Shown: piece after piece, positions 34,860-47,897 of the stretch
Layout: each line of letters opens with the position of its first letter
Position numbering within the stretch: the first letter of the stretch is position 1
From: Lama guanicoe
Taxonomy: Eukaryota
NCBI GenBank assembly: GCA_013239625.1
Contig: MU055549.1
Location: forward strand, 744,001-808,000
DNA length: 64,000 nucleotides
Direction of reading: 5' to 3'
Notes under the pieces: model-generated
Databases searched by the model: none
What the model saw: only the letters and a program-made list of their open reading frames with translations
What the model was told of the DNA's origin: nothing
Program-made: the position numbers and the translations under genes

Positions 34860-37175
34860 CAGCCTCGCTGCTGCAGTGGCGTCAGTCTCTCTGACTTAAG
34901 CCACTCTCACAGGGTGCGGTGGTTTTCACTGTTGCTTTCACGTGCAGCTCCCGGATGACACACGATGCTGAGTGCCTGGTGTTGCCGTCCATATATCTTC
35001 CTGGGTGAGACGCCTGTTCAGACCTTGGGCTCACTTTCCAGTTGGGCTGTTCCTGCTGCTGAGCTGTGGGAGCTCTCTGTGCGCTCCGGACAGCAGCGCT
35101 TCATCTCATGTGTCCTCCGAGAGCACGTTCTCCGGCCTGTGGCTGTCTTATTCCCTTAACGGTGTCTTCTGCAGAGCATGAGTTTTCAGTTTTCATGAAG
35201 TCCAACTTACTGACTTTTTCTTCCAAGGACCATGCATTTGGTGCTGTATCTAAAGCCGTCACTAGCTCAAGGTCACCTGCGTTTTCTCCCACGTCGCCAC
35301 CCAGGAGTTTTATAGTCTCGCATCTTATGCTCAGCTCTGTGACCCCCTTTGAGTGAGTCTGAAGGTGTGAGGTCTGCGACTAGACTGAATCTGGGGGCCT
35401 GTGACCGTCCAGCAGGTTCCAGCACCAACTGTTAAAAACACGGTCTTTGCTCCACTTTGCTCCCTTTGCTCCTCTGTCAAAGGTCGGTCGAGTGTGGACG
35501 TGTGCGTCCACTTCTGGGCTCTCTGTTCGGTGCCGGGGATCTACTGTCCAGCCTTTCACCGACACCACGCTGTCCTGACCGCTGTGGAAAGTCCTGACAA
35601 CGGCGGGGTCTGCCCTCCGCCTTTGCTCTTCTCCTTCAGGACTGTTCTGCCTGCTCTGGGTCTCCTGCTTTCCCTTAGAACCTTTAGGCTCAGTTTGCCG
35701 GTACCCACAAGACAGCTTGCTGGGAGTTTGGCACTGTGCTGAGTATGTAGTTGGAAAGAACTGACATCCTCAAATTCCCGAGTCTTTCTACCCATGAACA
35801 TGGACCGTCTGTCCGTTTATTCAGGGCTTCTTTGGTTCCTCCCATCAGAGTTTTGTAGTTCTCCTCACGTAGATCTTGTACACACCTGGTTAGACTTTTC
35901 CCTAAGGACTTCTTTTTGTGTGTGTGCTATGGCAAATGATACTGGGTTTTTCATTTCAAATTCCAGCTGTTCGTTGCTGGTACAGAAGAAAGCCTCTGAC
36001 ATGTGCGTCTTCAGTCAGATCCTGAAAACTTGCTTCTGGTGACAGACTTGCTGCTGTCGCTGCTGAGCTGAGATTTTCTATGTGAACATGTTATTTAAGA
36101 ACTAAGGCAGCCACTCCCACCGTAAGTTTATTATATACTTTTCTTGTCTTACTGCATTAGCCAAGATTTCTTGAATGAGGCTGAAGACAAATGCCGAGAG
36201 TGGACATCCTCACCTTGTTACTCAGAGAAGCGTCTAGTTCCTCTCCACTACGTAGGATGTTAACGTAGTCTCTGAAGATGCTCTCTGTCCAGTTGAGGAC
36301 GTTCTCTGCTATTCCTAGTTTGCCGCAAGTTTTTACAAATGGGTGTTGGATTTTATCAAATGCTTTTTCTACATCTACTGATAGGATCATTTGATTTTCC
36401 TTCCTTAGCCCATTGATGTGATGGCTTCCATTAATTGATTTCTGAATGTTGAACCAGCCTTGTACGCCAGGATAAATCTGAATTGGCCCTGGTGTACAAT
36501 TTTTCTTGTTCATTGTTGCTTTTAAGCTGCTAACATTATGTTGAGGATTTTGCATTTTATGTTCACGAGAAACACTGGTCTGTAGTTCTCCCTTTTCGTG
36601 GTATCTTCAACTCGTTTTGGTATTAGGGCAATGCCGGCCTCACAGAATGCATCAGGAAGTTTTCCCTTTTCTTTTGTTTCCTGGCAGAGACTTCAGAGAA
36701 TTGGTATAACGTCGCCCTTAAATGCCTGGTGAAATCACCAGTGAAACCGTCTGGCCTGATGCCTTCTTATGTAGAAGGTTATTAATTATTGGTTGAATTT
36801 CTTTCAGTAGATAAAGATCTATTCACATTTTCCAGCAAGCCTTGAGTGAGTTTTGGTAGACTGTTCCTTTCAAGGAGTTGGTCCATATAAGTTATCAAAT
36901 TTATAGGAATAGTTTTTTTCTTAAAAACCTTTTTGTCCTTTTAGTGTCCACAGGATCAGTATTGACAGCCCCTCTCTCATTTCTAATGTCGGTCATTTGT
37001 GCTCTTTTCGTTGTTGTTAGCTCGGCTAATGGCTTACCAATTTTATTGATCTTTTCAAAGAACCAGCTTTTGGTGTCATTAGTGCTCTCCACTGAGTGTC
37101 TTCACTCCCACTCATCTGTGCTCGCTTTGCATGCTTTCTTCTCTCCTGCTGACTGCGGATTCAGTCTGCTCTGTG
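34860..37175 (-). mobile_element. Degenerate ancient LINE-1 ORF2 (L1M, L1MC-like): Z/RT region through C-terminal region
   Basis: Colinear minus-strand ORF fragments with L1 ORF2p signatures: TKSWFFEKINKIGKPLA (36901..37092), QGWFNIQKSIN..ILSVDVEKAFDKIQHPF (36157..36555), LKEKSKGGG (35556..35801), ESPEVD..FDRGAK..WSKDRVFNSWCW (35380..35568), KLDFMKTENSCSAEDTVK (35101..35292). Boundaries are approximate. Confidence 0.93.
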
Positions 37176-37179
37176 TCTA

Positions 37180-37725
37180 ATCTCCAGTGCAGCAGGAAGG
37201 CTGGAGGAGGCCAGAACTGTCTGTCTCCCTCCCCCTGGTTAGGCCCTGATCAGACGCCAACACTCTGGGTTCTGGTGAAATGGTTTTTCCTGAGGGCAGG
37301 CCTTTCAAGGAGAGCAGAGCGCTCTGGGCACGTTTCAAAACACTGCTTTCCCCTCCCTCACTAGAGGCGCATGGAGACCTCTCTTCACACTCATCATGAG
37401 AACATGGTGAGGTCCTGCAGGTAAAGCCCAGGACAGCACAGCCCTCAGGCTGGGCCCCGGCGCTTCTCCTACCAGCTGCCTGCACTCGGCCCCCAGCATC
37501 ACACAGCCTTCCTTCAGTGTCCAGACCAGCGGCCCCTGTGGTGGTCCCCGCTCCCAGGAGGCCCAGGTTCTCCTCTGCTTTGGGGGGCATCAGTTTGCCC
37601 TGTGACCTTGCTTCTCTGAGGGGTCTAAGGGATCTATTTGCAGCCTGTTTGGATTTTTTCTCATCATGAGGATGGGAGTGACAACTTCCAAGCTCTTCAT
37701 GTGTTGGACCAGAAACCGGAAGTCC
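37180..37725 (-). mobile_element. Probable L1M 5'UTR/5' end of the same element
   Basis: The minus strand starts GACTTCCGGTTTCTGGTCCAACACATGAAGAGCTTGGAAGTTGTCACTCCC and includes AGGTCACAGGGCAAACTG, resembling recalled L1M 5'-end consensus. It has the same orientation as, and abuts, the ORF2 block. Confidence 0.65.
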
Positions 37726-39371
37726 CTTTCGCCCCTTTTCCTCTTAAATTTCTGGGTAGGAACCAACGTGTTAAAATTCAGGCTATCTCTTTTTAAAATT
37801 CATTCCAACTCATCACAAATGCTGGATTGCTCTTGCTGTAGCTCAGTTCCAGGCAGAAGAGCAAGGGCAGCCCGAGGCCCCGCCGGCGCCGGCGCTGTGG
37901 GACAGCAGCCACGCCCGCCCTGCGCACGCCGGGGCGCTCAGAGACCGGCAAGCCTCCCGCCGGGCTCGTGGGCTCAGGGCGCAGCCGCCGACCACCGCAT
38001 CACAGCTCCTGTCTGCGACAGCCGGGCCGGCCCTGGAGGGGGCTTGCTGCCCCCTACCGTGCGTCTAACATGCACCTAATGCACAGGTTTAAGTGAACTG
38101 TGGGGCTGGCCAGGCACTTCATGACTAGTCCGACTTAGCAATACAACACGTATGCAAATGGTGACCTGCAAACGGGAGAAGTTCAGCAGATCTGGTAGAT
38201 GTTTAAGCTGGAGGTGCAGGTTTATTAGAAACATAACCCGTTTTGCTTCCAGCTTCACCTGGGCCTGCTGTGTTTGACCGTCCCTGTCTGCTCCCAGCCT
38301 GCTGCCCGCGAACACGACCTGCAGACATCGGGGGTCCGGCATGAGATGGTGGGGAGAGCAACCCGAGCCCGGGCTCCCGCCCCGTCTGCTCGGCCACCCC
38401 AGGCTCCTCAGCGGGAAGCCAGAGGCTGTATCTCGAGCGTCAGAGAACCCCCAGGCAACAGGGCAGTGAAGAGCCCCCCTGCCGGCTAGAACCCTGCTCT
38501 CAATGTGGATGACATCACCTCTCAAGCAGTCTGGAGACGACGCTGGCCCCCAGCCTTGGGGAGAGTGATCTGTCTCGAGTGAGTGAGTGAGTGAGGACGA
38601 GTCTGAACAAACCGACACGAGTAGCTGCCCCCAGTTCTCGCGCCCTCAGTGGCCTTTCTGATTAACGTGACCTGGCTCCACAGCCCAACATGGGGGGCTC
38701 TGAAGGACTCTATGAAACACGCAGAGACAGCGGCACGCGGAAGGTCGACACGCAGACTCCGCAGACCGGACGGGCAGGCACTGGGACCCCTCAGGCCTGG
38801 GGCACAGCCTGAACGCCCCCGAGTCAGAGGACGGAGGCGAGGGCTGTGTCAGGAGACTGGGGGGGGTGTCTTCTCAGCACAGACACGTGGTGTCACCCAT
38901 TAGACACAGGCTACACTTCCTGCTCTGCTGCAAACACACCCCTGGCCCGTCTCTTCCTGAAACACGCCCTCCTCCAGTCGCGTTTCTGTTTTTCATTATC
39001 TTACGTTTGACAGGAGCCCCGATACGACATACAGAGCCATTTCCTTCTCCTCTAGCTCCGCTTCTGGAGAGCCGGAGCCCCCGCCTGAGCCTTGTCCCGG
39101 GAGCGGCACGGACGGCAACGGGGCAGGACGGCTGGGGGGGTGGTCCAGGGCAGGCCTGTCATCTTGGTTTCAGAAACTCCAGAAAGCCAGGGGTTCTAAT
39201 GATTCCCCACTTAGTGACTGCAGCAAACGACTCGATCAGACCCAGAGCACACGCCCTCTTGCAGGGGCACTGGGCGGAGGGGACCCGGAGAAGCCAGACC
39301 AGCGGGCAGGGTGTTGGGGGCCCCAAGACAGAAACCCCCAGGAGACAGCAAAGGACAGCATGGAGTCTTAC

Positions 39372-39435
39372 CTTTAAAGTCAAACTGGTAGATGTTTTTT
39401 AAGGATTCGTGAAGAAAATAAAAACTTCCTAGTGC
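39372..39435 (-). CDS. INPP5A: INPP5A internal coding exon (exon 5 by human numbering), 64 nt, ALGSFYFLHESLKNIYQFDFK+G
   Basis: Minus strand reads ttatttctctttttgctctacag|GCACTAGGAAGT...GACTTTAAAG|gtaaga. The translation matches recalled INPP5A, and the phase-1 end joins the next exon as G|CT = Ala. Confidence 0.97.
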
Positions 39436-42400
39436 CTGTAGAGCAAAAAGAGAAATAAGTGAGACCCCAGGAGAACATGCCTAAAACAGCTTCGTGCGAT
39501 GGGCCGGAAGCTCCACTGCACGAGACCAAGACTTTAACTGCCTGTAGTTTAACCACAGCCCGAGACTTGGGGTGTAACCACACGCGTCCCGACCCCGGGG
39601 ACCATCAGCTCCGCTCCTTGCCAACACCTCCCCCACAGACGCCGGCCCGCGGTCCCCCGTCTGCTGCGCGGGCTGTGCGGAGCAGCGGGCAAGGGTCTGG
39701 GCGGAGAGGGACTGGTCCTGGGTGCAGGACCCCGGGCTCGGTCACGGCAGCACGGCAGTCCCTGTTGCGGCCCTGGCTCCCTGGCTCCCACCTGCTCCAC
39801 CAGAGCCCGGCCGTCCTCCACGGGTCCAGCCCCTCGCTCCTCACCCTCACGCCCCTCAGGACTGAGCGGCAGCCCCGCTCCCCCACAACCCCCAGTGCCA
39901 CCAGCCCTGCCCATCCACGGTCAACTGAACACGCGGCCAGGGAGTGCCTGCCGGGTGCCAGGAGCCACTCCGGGTGGTGGGTCCGGTCCTGCTCACCCCA
40001 CCCGTGAAAAGACCGAAGTGTCAGGGCTGGGCCGGGGCAGGAAGGCGACCTCTGATACCAACAATCATTTCTTTATCTGGAAATCAAACTTAACGCATGT
40101 GTGTGGTTACACATTCTTTCCACGTGTACCCGTGTGTGTGACGGGGACTTAGGTGCGCTGTTGGTGCTGACAGACGCCCCGCGGAGCAAGCGCAGAACAA
40201 ACAGCGCGCCCGCCGCTGCCCCCTACCCTCCCCCCGAGTCCAGCAGCGGCTCCGCACCCTCTGACAGAGGAGCGGGGGCACCGCCGCACACACCCGAGGA
40301 CGTGCGGCTGGGCCCGTCCCAGTTAAGGGGGTGGCGGGCACAGGCAGCACGTGGACTCAGGAAGGCGCAGGAGCAGCCCGTGAGTGGACCTGACAGCTGC
40401 TCCACGGACGGTATGTGTTTCACGTACAGAGCACTCCGGAGAAGCGCAAGAAAAGAAACGTGGTTGCAAAGATTTTAAACATCACCTCATCGAATGTTAA
40501 AGTTGATACAATACTAAGAGGTTCACAATAAATAAACGGAAAATAAGTTGCCAGTGCAGGAACAGCAACTGTAATTCAGTCAGGAACCCACAGTTAGCTC
40601 TGGTGAGCATGCAAAGTCGAAGTTCAACCCAACTTTTCCCGCATCTCGGGGCCCTTCCCACAGGCCGCGAGGACGTCCGGAGGGCCCTGCACGGCCAACG
40701 GGCCTGGCTCGGGGTCCCCTGACCCCACACCTGTCAGCAGGTGCTCACCAGCTCTGAGAACACTGACTCCTTGCCCATTTGGCCAAGAACAATGAAAACA
40801 CCTTCGCACATGTACACGCCGGGCTGTCAGGGGCGCTATCGACCTCCCAGCAGTCAAGCGCAGTCCAGCCTCGAGGTGTGTCGGCGAGAACAGTGGACGC
40901 AGGGCGGAGGCCCTGACCGCCAGCCGCAGGACGGCTTCGAGGCGCAGCTACGGGACTGGAAGGCCTGAGTTCCCACCACAGAACCAGGCCTCCAGGGCTC
41001 GGAAGCGGGTACTGGGTGCCCACCGTGTTAACAGGGAACACGGCGGGGACGCAATCTGAAGCCCCGGTCCCACCCGCCCGGGCGTCGCCGGGACCCTCGA
41101 GCTGCCTGCAGACGGTCTCTGCCTCGCCAGAGTCGCCACTGGGGTGCACAGCCACACTGGCCGCTCCATCTGCCTTTGGAGCTGGGCTCCACAGTGGCTC
41201 TGTGAACACACTCCCTGAGGACGGCCTGGTCACCTCTGAGTCCCAGCACAACAACCACACATGGCAGGAGTCTGCCGACTCCTGGTTAAGCGGGGGAGAT
41301 GTGGAGACGCAGGGCACCCCGAGGAGCGACGGGTGAGTGGCTCCCAAGCTAACACGTGGGACTGTTTGCTCGACTTCAAGGGACAGCCCATCACGTGGCC
41401 TCCAGCCTTCCAAGAGGCTGAGCACGACTGTAAAAAATAACACACTTTTTACCAGTAAGGGGAACAGCACTTCACAGGAGTAAGCCCTGAGACTCCTGGT
41501 TTTAAAACAATTTAACAGATTGAGTAATAAATCAAAGCAAAGTTACTGTAACATTCATTAGATTATAAACAATAATAAATGAAACAAGGCTTTTGTTTGA
41601 ATCAATGTAGAGCTTCATTGATCTCCTGTGTAACACACTCCGGCGGGCGACCTGATGGGAGGTGGCGGTGCCTGCGGGGCAGCAGGTGGGAAGGGTGCAT
41701 TTAGCAGGTCACTGTCGCGAGGCCACCCTGCCTCTCGGAGCAGCTCTGCCACCATCTCAAACGAGAAGGGGCTGATTTACAAAGTACTGACTTTCCATTT
41801 CAGCCCCCGGAGCTAAACACGGAGTGGCGGCCCCAAGGCCCCCGTCTGACCCTCAGCACGGCCCCCCTGGGCTGCCCGCCTGCCCCCGAGACACACCCGT
41901 AATCTCATTGCGTCTCCTGTCCAACGGCCGACAGCAGAACCTAATTAAATTGGTTGCCCACTGTATTCATCTACTTACAAAGTTAATGATATTCTGTTCC
42001 TGAATTAAAAAGCATTTTATAAGGCGAGCACCGGGGAGGCTGGCAAGCTGGACACCGGGCGCTGAACCTGTCACAGCCGTGGCACTGGGTCCCCAGTCAG
42101 GTGGCCCCGACAGGGAGGGCCATCACCGCAGGCACAGCTCCTCCTCGCCCCCCGCCCCTACAACAAATCCCACCAGGTCAATGCGCTGCTAACGTGTTAG
42201 CACAGCGAGGAGGACTGAAGCGTCACCAGACGGCCCTTCACGACGGCCTCCCAGATGGGCTGTGGGAGGGCGCGTCACAAGGGGGAGGATGCCAGAGCCT
42301 TGGACTGCAAGGTCGTGTCCCCACACCCACCTGGGCGAGGCCACCCTGAGAGAACCCCTCACCCCATCCCCAACTCTGTCTCCGGCCACACTCAGGAGTC

Positions 42401-43239
42401 AAGAAGTCTCCACGGGCAGGTGGCCTAAGAGCCAGGGTCGGGGGCTTCAGACGAAGGGTCAGCTTCTGAGCACAGGCACCATCCCCGGGACGTCCTGACA
42501 GAATGGACGTGGCTTGGGGGACGACTCCAAGGTTTCCGTCCAGGCAGCTGGAAGCGGGCACTGCCACCACCCGAGACGGGGTGGGCTCTGGAGGGCAGGC
42601 GTTGGCTTCAGACAAGCTGAGGCTGAAAAGGCCGTAAGACACCTCGGGGGACACTGGACGAGCGGAGCTGGACATACGCCTGGAGTCCAGGACAGAGGTC
42701 TGGGCAGGTGTAAGTGCAGGGGGACGTCCCCAACACAAGCTACCGAGCTCCCGGGGAGGGATGAGAGCACAGGGCAGGGGACACGGTGGCCAGCAGGGAC
42801 ACGGGGGGTCATGGGGAGAAGAGAGCAAAGAAGTACTCGTGGGTGAGAGCAGGCGGGTGTCAGGGACGTCAGACGTGTCAGCACAGAAGGACACTTCACA
42901 GAAGGAGCACTGGGCAGTGCTGGCCCCTGAGGATGTCACCCAGGCACCATCTTGGAAACGCCGTCTGAAGATGCCGTCCATCCAAGACCCGACACTCCCT
43001 TCTCCACCCACGTGATCACCCGTTTTTGTTCACAGTGTCTCGGACCTTCCTTCCGAAAAGGGAAATCCTACTGACCTTTGCGGGGTTTAATGTCTCAGGA
43101 GCTGACAGCTGACAACAGGTGGGAAAGGTCTGGCCACATCCCCAAACTCATGCCATGTGCCCGCCACCCTCCTGGGCAATGCTGACCCGACCTCCTCGGC
43201 CAGCACCCCCAAACCGCCTTAAATCTGCATCACCTAAGC

Positions 43240-43740
43240 GTTTTCCTCTCACAACGGCATTCCTTGCAATAGGAATATTCTTTGCAATAATACATACTTC
43301 TGCAAACTCGAAGTTTCAGTAATGGGCAAAGAAAAATGTCAGACTTAAAACAACAACTAGTTTTAATTATGAAATTTATTAAGTCACTTTTCCATGTCTA
43401 AATGATTACGAAAGGTAATCAATAAAGTTTTATGCCAATTAAATTATGTGGAGAGTTTGCATCATAATTAAAACAGCTCTGACTTTCATCTTTTGTCTTC
43501 TAAAAATCATTAGCTTTCCAATTACAATTTCATTCTTACAAATGTCCTGGAGAAATAGGTTATGTGCATTATGGATATAGGATAATTAAAGTAAGATGCA
43601 CTTTAAGAGACGGCCCACATGGAACGCAAGCCGTTTACAGAATACCTTCTGCCATTAGAGACGCCTGGGGCATATAAAGTGCTACAGAAAAGGTTTAATT
43701 GATTTTTAAATTTCAATTGTACTGGGAAATTTCCATCTCT
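43240..43740. promoter_or_regulatory. Candidate intronic enhancer (one of the most AT-rich unique blocks, homeodomain-motif cluster)
   Basis: TTTAATTATG, GTAATCAAT, TTTATG, CAATTAAATTATG, TTTGCATCATAATTAAA, GATAATTAAA and TTTAATTGATT. Conservation not tested. Confidence 0.5.
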
Positions 43741-43749
43741 TTCTGTTTC

Positions 43750-44470
43750 ACAGAGTCGCACTCAGTCCCTGTCCCAGAGACTCCGGAGCAGCGGCACGTG
43801 CGGGCGCGAGGCTCCCGGGAGCCGCCCCTCAGCCCCCGCATTACTGTCCCCTCTGAGCCCACGGAGCCGACTCCACTCGCCCCTCCACCTGCGCGGCTGG
43901 TGCTGGTGGCCCTGTCTCCTGCTTCGACTGCACACGCCATCACCCACGTCCACCCCGTGTCTGCCATCCTCACGCCCTGTCCTTCCTGCCTCTGACCGTC
44001 TTTCCGCCGGGCCCTTTGCTTTTGGAGAAGAGCGTCCTTCAGGCTTTACTGCCCTTCGGGTGGGTCTGCTGGTGACAAGTCCCTTTTGGGTTTCATTTGA
44101 ATAAAAACGTCCATTGCACCTTCATTCTTGAAGGTGTTTTTGCTGAGGATGGGGTCCCGCTGCCTGCCCGCGGCAGCGTTGCAGGGCCCCCCGTCCATGG
44201 TCCACCAGTCTCACTGTGGCCTGTCCGGGTGCAAGTGCCTTTGCCTCCTGCCTGGGGCTCATCGGGACTCCTGAATTTGTGTCCTGGGGTCTTCCATGTG
44301 CTGGAAAACTGCCATTCACGATCCACAAGGGCTTCTGACCCCTCGGCTCCACATACACGTCTCCGCCTTCACCCACCCCAGCCTTCTGTCCTCCCACGAT
44401 TCACTTCAGGGTCTTCTGCTGGCCCTGCGTCACCAGCGTCGTCTTCTGCCCCATAGCTTTTGGCTACATG
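43750..44470 (-). mobile_element. Diverged L1M fragment (ORF1-side region)
   Basis: gggtctgctggtgacaagtccc..aaaacgtccattgcaccttcattcttgaaggtgtttttgctg and ctcctgaatttgt..ctggaaaactgccatt resemble antisense L1M ORF1-region words. Edges are uncertain. Confidence 0.6.
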
Positions 44471-44804
44471 ATTCGGGCAAACGTGCACCGAGAAAGCCTC
44501 ACTTGTAGAGGGGGCACAATCCAATCTGCCTGCTGGGAGGTCCGCGAGAGACCACGCACCACTGTCAGCAGAGGAGCAGCAGCCGTACGCCCTCCTCTGC
44601 CCCTCCCGTGAGTCGGGGCTCTGCAGGACGCCACCTCCAAACACCTGCCTCAGGCTTCAGACCCCAGCGCTCCCCTGAAGGACCTCCAAACGAGCACCGT
44701 GACCCGGCTCAGGCCACCTCCGCCCTGGCCCCCGTGCTGGGTGGGAGCAGCCGGGGCTCAGACGCGGGTCTGGAGCAGAACGCGGCGGTCACGTCCTGCA
44801 CCCA

Positions 44805-44935
44805 CCTCCTCCTGGTCTAGAGACCTCACCACGTCACTGACCCTGCCCGAGCCCCGGCTTCTCCACCGCGACGTGGAAGATAATCTCAGCGTCTTTTCCC
44901 AGGGGTGCTCTGACCTCCAGTGGGTGGCGCAGGGT
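44805..44935 (+). mobile_element. Degenerate MIR core
   Basis: gtcactgaccctgcccgagccccggcttctccaccgcgacgtggaagataat aligns by eye with the MIR core gtcacttaacctctctgagcctcagtttcctcatctgtaaaatggggataat. Confidence 0.4.
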
Positions 44936-46574
44936 CAGGACAAAACAGTTCAGTGTTAACCCCCACTCCCGTGAGACAGTGGTAACACTTCCCACCCGCC
45001 CCCCGCCATGCAAAGATGCAGGAGCCCTGCTGTCCCCATCCTTGTCCCCTCCCCTCCTCGGCCACGGAGAGGCCACCACACCAAGAGCCCTAAGTCACCA
45101 CTAGCCGCCCAACCAGAAGGAGGCAGGTGAAGGAGGAAGCCCCTCTGTGCCCCACGTTTCACCTTGTGCGGGTGCAGCTCCCCATAAAGTGAAAGAAAGA
45201 CCCCTCCTTCCTCACCTCTCCTCTGAGGCCGAACCATGAACAGCCCCCGCCCCCAGGAGAAACCATCCCACTGGTGGCCTCGACGTGGACCCGACCTCCT
45301 GGCAAAGTCGCAGGGAAGGGGTGCCGTCCACCCCCGCCTGCACTCTCCCCACTTCGGCCCTGCTGCCCCGGCCACATGCATACCCACTTTTCTCCTTAAA
45401 AAAGAAAAGAAACCAGTATTTCCACAGGACTGAGAACCCGGGGGAGATACAGGTTCAGGAGAGCTTTTTGTCCATAAGGAGAGGGAGGCACTGGCATGTG
45501 GGCTGCTGACGGGGACGATCGGGCACAAAGGGAAAAACCAGCAACGCAGCAGTTGGGCGGCGCCCCCCGGAGGTGGGGGGGCGCTAAGTCCCACCACTGT
45601 GAGCCCGATGCCCTGCACCGTCGGGATGGGGACGCAGCCCCAGTGTGTGACCAGGGACCTCACATGCTGCCTGCCCACTGGTCACGGGGTGGAGCTGGAG
45701 GAAAGACATGGGGGGTGGGTCTGACACACGGTCCAACGCCATGGGAGGTGGGTGGGGCTGGAGGCAGCGAGGGGGACACGGAGGGCAGTTTGGTGGGGGG
45801 CTCTCCGAGAACAGGTCTGTGAGCCTGGGGAGTTGCCCATGGAGGTCCAGAAAACTCAGGGGGCTCGGGGGCTGGAGAGACCGTGAGGAGGGCGGGGTGG
45901 AGCATTTGGACAAGAACAGAGGACAGATCACGAGTGCGGGGGCTGTGAGTGCAGAGGGGGACACGGGGGGGCAGACCCTCCGGGGCAGACCCTCCTGCGC
46001 AGAGACAGCCATGTGCGTGCGACATTAAAGGCACGGGGCGCCGCTGAGTGAGTCTAGACGCGCAGCCTGCCCCTGAGGCGGGAGCGGGGCCGCAGGAAGT
46101 GATGAAAGGTGAACAATGTGCAAAGAGGCGGAATTAGAGCCGGAGGGAACACGACAGGACGAAGCTGTCCTTGGACTCGGGTCGAAGGTTCAAGCCCTGA
46201 AGCCCCATGGTTTCTGCCCGTGACCATCTCAGGGGAGCCTCCTGGAGCACATCCTCAAGCACCAGGGAGGGCGGCGCCTGGTGCCCACCCTGCCAGCGAG
46301 GCCACGTGCCCTGCCCTGGACCAGCGGACCGCCGCAGAGATGCCACGTGAATGGTGCCCGAGCAGACGCGAGGCCAAGGCTGAGCCCACAGAGCAGGTCG
46401 TCTGTCCCCGCGCGTCCCTGGGAACCGTGGGGGGCTCCTGTCCTTCCTTGTCCGAGAAGGTGGGCTGGCAGGTCCGAAGTGCACAGTTGAGAATAGAACA
46501 CTATCGATCTGCACGGGCAGCGGGAGGCCCCGGTGGGGCCGCGGGGCTCCTTGCCCACTGCGCCGGCCGGACCA

Positions 46575-46632
46575 GTTACGAGCCGTCTCTGGGCCCATCT
46601 GCGCCTCAGGCTTCCCAGCTGTAAAATGGGGG
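46575..46632 (+). mobile_element. Short MIR core remnant
   Basis: tctgcgcctcaggcttcccagctgtaaaatggggg. Confidence 0.4.
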
Positions 46633-47733
46633 CGGGGGTCAAGTTCTTAGAACAAGCCCAGCAAAGACAGTCATCGGGTAAAAGCCAGCAGTGCTGGGGA
46701 GGCCTCCGCACACGGCCGTTCGACCGGAAGTGCTGTGGTTCAGGGCTGAAGGTGAGCGGGCTACCCAGCGAGCAAGTGAACCAGGACAGCAGCTTGTCAG
46801 CCACGGCGAAGAGGAGCCATCAGCCCTTCTCGTGCTCCCCGTGCAAACCTGCGTTCACCAAGCACACGGCCAGCATGTCTTCATTTCCCTGACCATGCCT
46901 TAATTGAATCTCTAGCCCGTGGTTTAAAATAAAGCCGTTATGGGCTGTGAGCAGGAATTTCATTTTTCCCTATTGAGCTATAAAATCAGTCACGTTCAGT
47001 TTTTACTACGTAACCTCTACAGAGGGAAACGGTTTGAGGTTAAAGTATCTGATGTGCTCCGACGTGAGCCCAGGAAGTCTGTCAACGGCCTGCTCCTGAA
47101 AAAGGAACAGTCTGCCTCGTTTCCATGCTTTCTCCACCCCCGGCAGCAGCCCCCAGCCGGGGTGGAGCTCTGACTGCAGGAAGCTTAAAGGCGAGCGGAA
47201 GAGAGAGCCAAAGGGCTGAGGGTTCCAGGAAAAACGCAAGACAAGTCATTTTGCCTGAAACGAGACCAGCGGCACTTAAACCTGGGACCTGCCTCTGGAA
47301 CCGTTCAAAGCTGCAGCACGCCGGCCCGCCCGCCCACCGCGGTCCCCATGGCCGCGAGTGCAGCAGAAAAGGCACGTCATTTGTTGGATGTTATTTCGAC
47401 AGAAGAAAAAATAACAGATACTTACAAAAGTTACACCTGAAAAATCTCCACTCCAACTTACGTTCGATGTGCTTAGCCTAAAGGTCAAAGCGCGGAATTT
47501 GCTGGATAAATAAACGTTGGAGGGGCGGATGGATCACTGGAGAATTGGTGCATGGCAGCGAATGAATAACCTGCAAGCGCCTCCCAAACCCCATTACTTC
47601 CGCTCCTGCCGGAGCCCGAGATTCATGTCCTCGCATGCCGCCAGTTCATTACCGAGAAGCCGCAACCCTCCTCGGCTCCCGCCGGGCAGCGCGCGGCCCC
47701 TCGAGGGCCCTTTAGTGTTTAATTCCCCATCAC

Positions 47734-47897
47734 NNNNNNNNNNNNNNNNNNNNNNNNNNNNNNNNNNNNNNNNNNNNNNNNNNNNNNNNNNNNNNNNNNN
47801 NNNNNNNNNNNNNNNNNNNNNNNNNNNNNNNNNNNNNNNNNNNNNNNNNNNNNNNNNNNNNNNNNNNNNNNNNNNNNNNNNNNNNNNNNNNNNNNNN
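47734..47897. other. Assembly gap (164 N)
   Basis: N run. Confidence 0.99.

Noticed and set aside
36157-36555. Reverse-transcriptase-like ORF as a possible domesticated or active gene
   Set aside because: It is a short fragment of a frameshifted, stop-riddled L1 ORF2.
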